Positions 38,181 through 50,022 of a DNA stretch of 63,531 nt are shown here, piece by piece (the stretch's first letter is position 1; every line of letters begins with the position of its first letter). This stretch comes from Girardia tigrina (taxonomy: Eukaryota): the NCBI GenBank assembly GCA_001938485.1, contig MQRK01216426.1:1-63531 (forward strand), in the 5' to 3' direction. Made by a program: the position numbers and the translations under genes. The notes beneath the pieces were generated by a model. It saw only the letters and a program-made list of their open reading frames with translations, was not told where the DNA came from and did not search any database.

Positions 38181-38880
38181 TGTTAGTACGGTTCTTTCAT
38201 TACGCGATTTAGTTTTGCGGAATAATTATGTAAATATTAATGTATTTTAATGTGTGTGTGTTGTTTTAATAATCATTATTGTAAACTGTTAATTCAAATA
38301 TATTTTTTCATAGTTGGATATTCTCTTTCACAACAGTGGCGTCATGAGCAGGATGAAAGCCGATAGTGGAGATCACCAGTCGAAATTACTGGAAGTAATT
38401 TTAAATAGAATCCTGAAAAAGGACTCCGCAAAAACTCCGAAAACATTCGAAGAAGGGGACGATGCTGTCCAATTTTTGAAATGCATGGATGCATTTATGC
38501 GGCAACTTGAAATATCGGAGGAAACACAAGCTGACTTCTTCATGGAATACTTGGAGGAAGATGTTCAGTGTTTTCTGAAGTCGCAGTGGGGTTACACCCA
38601 AAACCAAAAGAGTTTCGAATGGCTCAAGGAAACTTTTTTGAAGCTATTCGGATGAAAGAAGTCAGATATTTCATCGTGGATGAAACTATTCAGCATCCGA
38701 CAGAAGGATGGCCAGTCAACGAAGGACTTTATGAAAGAAGTAAGAATTCGTTATTTTAAAGAATTACCGGAGTTGACCTCCGAAGAAAGAGACCCAAAAA
38801 CTCTCCAAGTTTTTATAAATGGCTTAATGATTGGCAGAGCTCAAAAAGCACTAAAGATTAAAGAGACTGAAGAAAGATTG
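38181..38880 (+). mobile_element. LTR + PBS + gag fragment of an LTR retrotransposon
   Basis: TG...CA segment 38181-38335 followed by TGGCGTCATGAGCAGGAT (PBS-like); gag-like PKTFEEGDD..FL, RQKDGQS..F, FINGL. Confidence 0.65.
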
Positions 38881-40171
38881 ACCAAACTAATGTTATTATA
38901 CAAATTAAACCCAGTTATACTGAAATATTTCTATCAATATTTTATCACATGATGATCAAACAATCCAATATATTCTTCATTTATTTTTATAATAAAATTA
39001 AAAACTGATGTATACATTCTAGTATTATATACTAAGACTTTAACTAACATATAAAATCATCTCTTTCTTTTGAGATTTGATATAATTAGTACAATAAGAC
39101 TGTCTTCTTCTTTTGTACCATTAGCCATTCGGCTGAAGGCAGACTCATTCAATCGTAATATTTTAAAGTGTTTGTTTTCTAATCTAATGGCCATAAAATT
39201 TCAGCTTATTTCTCTACATGATCTTCTATTAATACGGGTCGTTAATCTAGTATATCTTTCACTGTCTTTATGACAAAGTCGTTTTTTCTCTTTTCTTTCC
39301 ATTGGATCTTCATAATTATCATGTCTACTTCATTTAAAACACTTTTGGTTTATTCATGCTCTTCTTATTTAGTACCAAACCCTCTTATACATAGAGAAGT
39401 GATGCCAAGACCTATAAAATCAATGACCTTCATTTTGCTCTTATCATTGTTGAAAAACCCAAGTTACTTCTTCTCCCGTTCTTCCATTCTCAGTGACTAT
39501 AAGACGAACTTTGCTCATAGAAAGATCAGCATAATAAAATTATTGGATCCGCGTTTCGATTCCAATCACTGGTTTTAGTCTTTATGAGGACTGCTTCTCT
39601 TTCTCTTTCCTTGGCATTATTCGATTTATTATTATATTTTGTTTTCTTCTTTAAATACAATCTAACATTTTTGTACTCCTTATCGTGATTATTAATGTTA
39701 GGATAATTAAATTAATATCAATACATATTTATATTTAAATTCATATCTCTATTTATAAGTATATAAAGGATCCATTATATGATTATATAGACTCCTGAAA
39801 TTGTTTGAATCAATCAACGTAATTATAAATTACGCGCATAATTTAATTTTGATTGGAAATAAACATTTCTTTGAGTTCCGATTTTTAATGGGTAATTCTT
39901 ACAATTAAATTGCATCCTTTTACCGCATTTAACCACATTTTTTTCAATTAAATGTTTAAAGAGATTGTCTTTCGATTTACTGTACGGAAGGAGAATGAAT
40001 ATATAGAAACCGAGCGAAATTATCATAAACAGAGTCACCAGGATCCCAATAATAATATCTGCAGCCACATCTGTTATTATTGAATTTTGAATTGATAAAA
40101 TTCGGACGTTGAAAATAGAAAACAACACTCGAAATCGGAAAACTTTATTTTCACTTATTTTTATTTTCAAT

Positions 40172-40270
40172 TATCTGTTAGATGTTCTGTTGAGGTTTAG
40201 AAAGAATGCGATAGTGATGCTTACGGATTTTCAGGAAATGTATCTGCAGATAGCGGTGGCGGAAATGGAT
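40172..40270 (+). mobile_element. BEL/Pao reverse transcriptase fragment
   Basis: LLDVLLRFRKNAIVMLTDFQEMYLQIAVAEMD resembles the BEL LLRFR..ADI.KMFLQI motif. Confidence 0.65.
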
Positions 40271-42879
40271 ATATTAAAACAAAACATTAAAAATTAATAA
40301 TATATGCATACTCACACACATATATATATATACATATTTATATTTTCCCATCACAACGAATATATATTTTCCCGGAATTAATCATGCCAGAAAATTAAAT
40401 TTGATTTAACTTAGAATTTTTAATTTTACTAAATTTCTAAGTGTTATTTTATTTAATTTACTTTAACAAAGAAACCTTTTTTAATTTCTGCTCAAGAAGT
40501 AAATTATCTCGACCAATTATTAACAAATTACACCAGAAATTGAACTTCCAATTTAGGTTCGATCCAGAGGGATGGCTCATCTGAGCTGCATATAAGACTT
40601 ACAATGACATGCAAAAACCAGTTTTAAATTAATTTTTCTCATTAATTTGTGTGTCCTATCGTCCGAGAAATAATGGTAGTTCAAAATGTTTTTGATATTC
40701 AAATTATTTAAATAAAACCTGAATTTTAAATGCTGACAAAAAACAATTCGACAGTCCAATATAAAATTTACAGGCTTAAATAGCTTAGAAAAGCTATTAT
40801 GTTTCGTATAAATACCTAAATAAAATTCTCTGTTTGCCTTTTAAAGTTTATTATAAAACGAATAGAGGAATAAGGTGACAAGCATTAATCACGAATTCGG
40901 AAAAAAATTTCTTCTCTTTAATTTTTTTTCCAGGTAGAGTATAAGAAAATAAGAAAATTACTCAATTAAGCTACCCGCGGAAATTCATTTAAAAGAAAGA
41001 CATGAAGTTCATAAGTATTTTTGGACTGTGTCAATTTTTAACGCGTTTATTACAATTATGAACATCTTATTCATTTTTCACGAGAGAATGGAATGAATAC
41101 AGTTCATGAATAGCATTCAGTTGAGAAGAAAATGATTAGGTTCACACATGACATGCAAGATGATGTATAGCATTGTAATGAGTGCGTGTTACATGAAAGA
41201 ATTTAATTTAAATGCACCTCTCAGGTGATTTTAAATAAAAAGAGAGACATATGTCCAAAAATAAAAGAAGAGAGCTCTTGTCCGGCTATATAACCCTCGT
41301 GTCACCACTGTTGGTGGTTTGATACGTTTAATGCTGGGTATAAAAAATTGAATTGTCGTTTGAATAATTCTTTTCAAAGAAAATATATTTTCGTGATTTG
41401 AATCAACTTAATTAGAAGGATGCGTTGCTTGCTCGTAGCTCGAACCCAGCTCAATATTTGATACTGTAAATTTTATTTGCAATTGAGATCAAATAACAAA
41501 TACTATACAATTTTATATTTGATAATCACAATGATTGTACATGGCTCTTTGAGATGATGATTGAGGTTAAATAAAAATTTGTTTTAAACTTCTTTGAAGT
41601 TTTATATTATTGTGTTGAAATTTATTTTTCTTAATGTTTTTAAATTTTGAAGATTTCTCATTTTTTTTGTATAATTTTTGAGGGTATTTATACCCGATTT
41701 TTATTTTATTTAAAATAATAAATATATAAAATAAATATATTATTTAATTTAAAATTATTTAAAAGTTTTAATTATTATTTTTTTTAAATGTTCATAACAT
41801 TTGTTGCGAACAATCAAACAAATTATTTTTTAAAAATTGTCAAACGAGATTTTTTAAAATCCTTTTCCCCTGTTCACATCCCCGAGGAAACTATGCCCCT
41901 TTGACCGGCTGTTCAACTAATAGCCCTAATTATGTCACTTCTTTCGCCGGCGGCGCTGTCATAACTAATCTATCTGCCAGGTCTTCCTCTTTTATTTGTC
42001 AGAATACTTTTTCTGAATATTCACAACATTTGTTTTTCATTGAGGATTTTCATTTTTATGAATTATTTTATTTTAATTATTATGATTTTTTTAANNNNNN
42101 NNNNNNNNNNNNNNNNNNNNNNNNNNNNNNNNNNNNNNNNNNNNNNNNNNNNNNNNNNNNNNNNNNNNNNNNNNNNNNNNNNNNNNNNNNNNNNNNNNNN
42201 NNNNNNNNNNNNNNNNNNNNNNNNNNNNNTAACGTAAAAATAATAATAATAATAATAATGATATTAATTTTAATAATACAATTATAATAATATTTTATAA
42301 ATAACTAATTGTAATAATAATGATAATTATAATAATAATAATAGTAATAATATATAACTTTTTATTTATATTTAATTATTTATTTTTTTTTAAACATCAC
42401 AATCCTTTGGCGAACTTTTCCGCCCAAAGCAGGAGTACCCTCATAATGAATGGGTCCCTGCGGAGGAAGGAAAAACTCGCCGTAAAGGAACAATATAATA
42501 ATTTTAATTCAAATTATAATAGTAATAATAATAATAATGTACTAAAAAATAAATAAAGATAAAATTAATAATAATAATAAATAATAATTATTTAATAAGA
42601 TTTATATTCCTATATATTTCATTATTGCTATTATCCCAATTAACCGCCTCGTGTCCCTGAGCAACGTGCTCAAACAAATGGAAGGTTAAAATATGATTAT
42701 GCGTCCTGTTTATTAATTTATTTATTTGATTTATTTATTTATTTATTTTTAAATTTTTATTTTTATTTAGGAGAACGGAATACTAATTTTATATATTTTA
42801 TTATTTTCCTATTTAGAGAATCCCAACACCACTTAAGAGGAGTTGCATTATCTTACAGAATGTAACTACACCAAATTTT

Positions 42880-43680
42880 GACTGCGTTGATGTTATGCAG
42901 TGCGATCTTTCTTGATCTCTTCTTTGGATATGAAGAGTAAGTGATGACTGAAATGTTTTCCGTACATTTCGATATTTCATTTGGCTGCCCTTGTTGCATA
43001 TATATTGACTTCATCGTCATTACATCCAATGGCGTGATGAAGGAAGTCGTTGTCTATGTTCCATCTCCCTAAGCTGCAATGACAAAGGGGAAAATCATGA
43101 CTTCGTTTGTGTTGTGATGTTCGATAAAGTTCATTTGAAAGTCGAGGTAGAAGTCATAAGCTCTCTCGTAGGCATTGAAAAATTGCTTGTCTGCGACCTA
43201 TGGACTTTTGACTTCGATTATACATATGTTAGCTCCGAGTTCGACGTAAATGTCCATAACCTTCCAGGTTCCATCAGGGAAGTTGTGTCTTTTTCATTGT
43301 ATAACTACTCCTGGAACTACTGGGATTATTCAGTCACTAGATGTCTCTGTGTTCCGACCATGGAAAAATTTTGATAAAACAACTTCGGATCACATCATTT
43401 TGAACGATATAGATGTTGTATTGACCCAAAGGGATAGTATCATCAAGCCACAATCCATGGCTCACAACCAATTTTCAAGCCCCAGGTATAAACCAATGCT
43501 TCTTTACGCTGAAAACAAATGTGACTATTTGGAAGATCGATAACAATTTGAAACTACTACTCAATTTTGCTTTGATTTCGCGACCTAACCATGTTCTTTT
43601 TGTGGTCCAGAAAATTTTTATGAATACATAGTGGAGTAAAGTCTGTCTGTATTACGACCATTTTTAACAAGTTTACCATT
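42880..43680 (+). mobile_element. Degenerate DDE_1 (pogo/Tc5-like) transposase
   Basis: PGTTGIIQSLDVSVFRPWKNF motif; boundaries approximate. Confidence 0.6.
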
Positions 43681-44333
43681 TTTGTTCACACTTTGTAACG
43701 TAATTAATGTTTCTGATGTTAAAAATTTCACAAAATTAAAATTTATAAACCTTCTTATCTTTATTAATTGTACATTTCCACAGGTACCCCAATTGAAATT
43801 TTTTCTTGTTTTCTTATACCTTATCTGGAAAAAATTCGAAACAAAAGAAATGTTTTCCAAGTTCGTGACTTTTGCTTGTGAGAAAATGTAATATTTAATT
43901 TTCCATAACTATTTTTTTCGAAAATTTTTATATCATTATTTAAAGATTTTACAGAGTTTTTCTTTAGTATTTTTTATGTGCATCACAAATATAATCAAAA
44001 TTCTAGGGTTTCATTATTTTGTTTATTTTCTTAAAAATATAAAATTTGAAACCAATAATTATACAATTGCATAAAAAATCATTTTATCAATTCAATTTTT
44101 GAAAATTTCATTAATTTTAAAATTTTCAAAAATAATATTTTCCAAATATCGTTTTGATTTGTTTAAAGTAAGTTAATTAAATGACGATTTTAAAATTAGA
44201 AATTTGTATTAATTCAAATTTGATAAATTGTAAATTTTTATTTTAAAAAGCGTTTAATTGATGAAACTGTTTTTGGTGCTATTTTTTCCCGAATTGCGTT
44301 CTGCTCACAGGATTGTCGTGTCGAATTTCTTGA

Positions 44334-47300
44334 ATGATGGCGTTGCGAAACGAATCGCCTCCTCCCGGTGTCACAGATGACGAGTTGCGCCTGGAATTGA
44401 TCGGCGACTCGAGCTACAGCAAGCTTGGCTGCATCGAGCTCATCCAGAGCATCATGGGCCGCCTCGTTCGGTACTGCTCGAGCGAGGAGAGCGGCGAGGC
44501 CGTCCATGACGAGTTTGAGTTCGATGACGAGCTGTGCAAGTTCATGGACATGACGGTGGACGTGGACGTGCTCCACTTCGTCAGGGAGATCGCCTTCATC
44601 GAGCCGCTGTGTCACGCGATCAGCATCAATCGGTCCGATCGATTTAATGTGAGACAATCGCACCACTTTATTCCATTTACAATCAGGGTACGACTGTTAT
44701 ACTGCCCCCACATTATGTAATCTGTGAAGATTTATATATTCTTTAAGATTAATTATTTATTTAATTATCGTCAGAATATATTGTGATTAATTTCGACGGA
44801 CCAACCGTCATAATCAATTTGTGCCTGATTAATCATAATATATTCTGACGAAATTTTATTTAATAAATTTTTAATAATTAATTTAATTTATTTTAATTAA
44901 TTAAATTCATTGAATAAATAAATTTTAATTAATTATTTATTTTTTTAGTAATTTAACTTAATAATTAATTTATTCTTTAAGATTAATTATTTATTTAATT
45001 ACTTTATTTAATAAATTATTAATAATTAATTTAATTTATTTTAATTAATTAAATTCATTGAATAAATAAATTAGTGAATCAATAAATCAATTATTACATA
45101 AATGAATAAAAAGTAAATAAAGTAAAGAATAAATTATTTAATTTATTATTTATTTTATTAAATAAATTATTTAACAAATAAATTATTAAATTTGATTTGA
45201 TTGAATTTCAATTAATAATTAATTATTTCATTTTTTATTAATTAATTAACAATTTTATCCATCCATTCCACCAGTTATTCCTCTAATTCGAAACGAAATT
45301 ATATAATCTATACAGATTACATAATATATGGGCAGTATAACATTCGTTCCAAATCTCAATTTAAAGGGAAAATTTCATAATGTAGAATGAAAAAAAATCA
45401 AATTTAAAATAAGCTTCAATTTAAAATCACAAATTCTTAATGTACAATGAAAAATTCTCAATTAGAAATTAATAATTTTCAATTTAAAAGGAAAATTATC
45501 GATTCAAAATGGAAAAATATCAATTTAAAAAAATTAAAAATCTCAATTTAAAGCGAAAATTTCTTAATTTAGAATGAAAAAAAATCCAATTTTATAATAA
45601 GACTCAATTTAAAATAAAGAAAAAATCTCAATTTAAAATCAGAAAATTCTCAATATAAAATGAGTCTCAATTTGAATTTAGATTTTTATTTCTATTTGAT
45701 TTTGTTATTTTTATGAGCAATTTTCGATTAGGATTACGACTTTATTAATATGGAAAAATTCAAATTTTTACGCTATTTTTTTTTACAATTTTTACGCTAA
45801 ATGGAAATACAAAAAAAATCATTTATTGATTAAAAAAATTATAATATTTTGTATTAATTTTTCATTGCAAAAATATCAATTAAAAAAATTAAAAATCTCA
45901 ATTTAAAGCGAAAATTTCTTAATTTAGAATGAAAAAAAAAATCCAATTTTATAATAAGACTCAATTTAAAATAAAGAAAAAATCTCAATTTAAAATCAGA
46001 AAATTCTCAAATTAAAAGGAAAAAAATTCTCAATATAAAATGAGTCTCAATTTGAATTTAGATTTTTATTTCTATTTGATTTGGCTATTTTTATTAGCGA
46101 TTTTCGATTAGGATTACGACTTTATTAATTGGAAAAATTCAAATTTTTACGCTAAATGGAAATACAAAAAAATCATTTATTGATTAAAAAAATTATAATA
46201 TTTTGTATTAATTTTTCATTGCTTGTCTTGTTTTTCTATCAAAATATTTCCAATTCGTCGTCTTACGAATGATTTGAGGCCTTCCTTTTCGCCTTTTCGG
46301 TTATCGGTTCTGTGAGGAATATTTTAAATTTGGTATGTTGAAATTGGTTTGTTGAATTTTGTATGTTGAGTTTAATATTTGGAAATGTGTTTCTCCCACC
46401 CAGATGGAAAATTGATATTTTGGATGTTCACGATAAATAATTATTCGAGTATAATTTATATTTTAAGTACAGCATAAGATATTTAAAAACATTAAAAATA
46501 TTAAATCATTTCAAATTTTCATATTAAAATTTAAATAAAATAAATAGTTTTAACTAAGTTTTGAATTAATTAAATGTTCTTTCTTTACATAAAATAATTT
46601 TTAAATAAAATTAATACTAAAATTATCAAATTTGAACTGTAAAAATAAAATCTGAAAATAATGAAAAATTTTAATAACCAAAGTCATCCATTAAAAAATA
46701 TATTTATAGACTATATATTTCGACGGATCTACCGTCATCTTCAGGTCACTAATTAATAATCAATGCACCTGTATATAAATACAAAAATAATGATTGTGTA
46801 ATCGATTGCATGAAATACAATTGCATAACGGTTACTGCAATATTACTTTTAACATTGTTAAAAGCAACTAACAATGAATTAAATTTAAAAATTATATCAC
46901 GATCTCATAAAATTCAAAATATGTTCAGTAATAAATCTATTACACCTTTAACACTGTGTTCTGATATTGTTTATGAATATAAATGTAATGGGTGCGATGC
47001 CACATACATTGGAGAGACTGCCCGTCATCTCTGTAAACGAATTCAAGATCATGGTCGAAAAGAGAGTGAGAGTAATATTGCAGAACATAGGAAAAATGTA
47101 AATGTGATGTTAATTTTGATAATTTCAAAATTCTGTGTAAGCATTTTGACAGTTATTGGGAGATAGTGTCGTGTGAAGCATTGTTAATTATGTCACGTTG
47201 CCCTAAAATCAATGTTCAATCGGCAGTCTCAACCAGCTAATTGAGAATTTTTGATTAGCATGATTTCATGCAATCGATTACATAATCATCATTTTTGTAT

Positions 47301-49970
47301 TTATATACAGGTGAATTGATTATTAATTAGTGACCTGAAGATGACGGTTGATCCGTCGAAATATATTGTCTATAAATATATTTTTTAATGGATGACTTTG
47401 GTAATTAAAAGAATTTTTTCATCCGGACTTCGTTTTATCAATGAAAAATTTTTTCGAATAATTGTTTATTAACAAACATTAACAAAAAATTATCAATTTA
47501 GAACGATGTCGAATGACGAGAGTTTTGCTGAGAGTTGTCCAAAAGACAATTCTGATTGTATTGAAAATAAAAGTTCGAAAACCATGTTGGTGTTCTTAAT
47601 AGGTTCAAAAACAAAATTCAATTTCTGTTTCAAATACAACACGCACCAGACACGCTGACACTGTTTAAGCTGTGATATCTTTGATATTTTCAACAAATTG
47701 ATCTTTAGCCGCTTGAGTCATCGAATTTACATTCACGTCCATCTTCAAAATTATATTGTATTACAACTGAGACCGGATGGACTAATTTTTTCATCTTCCT
47801 CATTTTCTTGGTTCATTCAGCATTTGGTAACAATAAGTACATGTCGTCGTCACCTTGTGATATAGGGTTTTTCGATTTATTTTCCAATCTTGCAATCAAT
47901 TTTCCAATGATATAATTTTAATCAATAGAAATTAATTATTCATAAATTATTAAAAATTTTGAAAAAACCGATAAAACGGGTGGTGATCGAAGATCTAAAC
48001 TTGATGATAATCAAAAGCATCAGTTTAGAGCCTGGGTGGATGAAAATCGCCTTCTTACCCTAAAAGAATTGAGTGGTAAGGTTATTGATCTTTTTCGATC
48101 GAGTGTGTCTCAAAGCACCATTGACCGCTGTCTCAGGCGATTTCATTACACCTTAAAACAGATTACAATAACTCCTGCCCCACGAAACCATGGTAGTACC
48201 ATTGAAAAAAGATATCAGTATGCGCATAAGTGCAGGGAATATAAGGTGACTCAGTGTTGACAAATTAATTTTCTTAGATGAAGTTGGCAGTGCAGTGTCC
48301 CTTGCAGGCACTTCTGCATATGTAGATGTTGTGATGGGTATTTTAGAAAAATGCTTCGATATGCCATTAAAGCGGAAAAGAGAAACAATTCTTGAATAAA
48401 ATTTGTTTCTTTAATACATATATTATATATACTTTGTGTTGTTATTTCTGATGTTATTAATTTTTTTAATTTTATTGATGTTAGAGATGATATATTGATA
48501 TAATGGAAATTAATATTAATTTTGTAGTTACTTCTATTATTAAAAATATTATTATTATTTTTTCATGTATAAAAAATCCAAAAAAACATTTTTAAACAAT
48601 TTTGATTTTATGTAATTTTATTTATCTTATTAATTTTTATTGATTAAAATTATATCATTGTAAAAATGATTGCAAGAAAATTAAAAAAAGACGGTTACGC
48701 AATCTTCGTTGGAAAATAAATCGAAAAACCCTATATTTTTTATCTCTCTGCATCCATATTCGATTTTCATCATTATAACCAACTCCTTCAAATGATTTCC
48801 ATTGGTTTACCGTTCGTTTCTTAATTTCTTTCGTATTATTATTGTTATCCATTTATAGATAAATTTTAATCAATTTTTAATATTGGAAATAAATTTAAAA
48901 AATTAATTAATAAAAACAAAAAATCACCGATTTAAAATATATTATCTATAAATTTTTATTATTTTAAAAAATCTGAAAGAAAGTTAAATTATATTTAGCG
49001 TAAGGAATTGTTTAAAAATGTGCGTAAAATTGTAAAATTAGCGTATGTATTTTATTACACCCTTATTAATATTATAATTAAATAATAGACTTTTATATTG
49101 TCCCCAAATTGTGTAATCATTTTGTAACAATTTTAATTCAATCTATAACAATCTTCGAAAAAAATAACTCTAAGCGTGGTTTACTCAAAGGATGAAATAT
49201 TTTTTAATGATGTTAATGTGACTTGGGCATGGAAAAGCATGATTTTCTATCACTATTCATTTGGCTTAGCAAAGTTGATAAACATTCTTTATTAGGTTGA
49301 ACAAGCAAGAATCGTGATCTTGAAGAAGAAGCGGTTGAATTGAAATTGAAACTTAAAAATTGAAGTATAAAAGTCACTCCAATTCAATTTTAAGAGCCTA
49401 TGATAGAAATTTTATCCTTTGAGTAAACCATGCTTAGAGTCATTATTTTCCTAAGATTGTTATAGATTGAATTAAAATTGAAACAAATGATTACATAATT
49501 TCTGGGGCAATATAAAATCGTACCTTTCAAAACAATATTAAAGGATTACAATAAACAACAAATTTAAAAATTAAATATACGTAAAATAATAATTGTGATA
49601 AATATTTTTATTAAAATTTTAAAATTAGATATTATTTTGATTTGATTGCAATTTTAAATAAATGACAAATTATTGGAAAATAGAGATCGGCGGATTCATT
49701 ATTAACTTAGAAAATGTTTGGGACTTTGTTTGAAAATTGTTTATAATAAATGTATAAATTGAGTAAAAAATGATTTCTGAAATTTATGTTACACACACCT
49801 CACAATTTGTATAATTTTAATGATTTTAATTTTTTCAATTTTATTGTTTTTGTCTGTATTGGTGAATTCTATTTTGTATTCTTTTTATTAGCTTACTTTC
49901 TATATATATATATATATATANNNNNNNNNNNNNNNNNNNNNNNNNNNNNNNNNNNNNNNNNNNNNNNNNN

Positions 49971-50022
<52 letters not shown>

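Larger units (their letters stand above)
46671..47440 (+). mobile_element. 5'-truncated Penelope-like element with GIY-YIG fragment and inverted 5' pLTR copy
   Basis: IVYEYKCNGCDATYIGETARHLCKRIQDH; 46671-46810 is the reverse complement of the 3' UTR; ATGAAAAATT(TT) TSD. Confidence 0.93.
46311..47601 (+). mobile_element. Solo LTR (TGTGAG...TTAATA) interrupted by a Penelope insertion
   Basis: GGTTC 5-bp TSD at 46306-46310 and 47602-47606. Confidence 0.8.

Noticed and set aside
44238-44666. 142-aa minus-strand ORF
   Set aside because: Antisense shadow of the GC-rich SAAL1 exon 1
45350-46222. CRISPR-like repeat array
   Set aside because: Eukaryotic context; low-complexity AT subrepeats without unique spacers or cas genes
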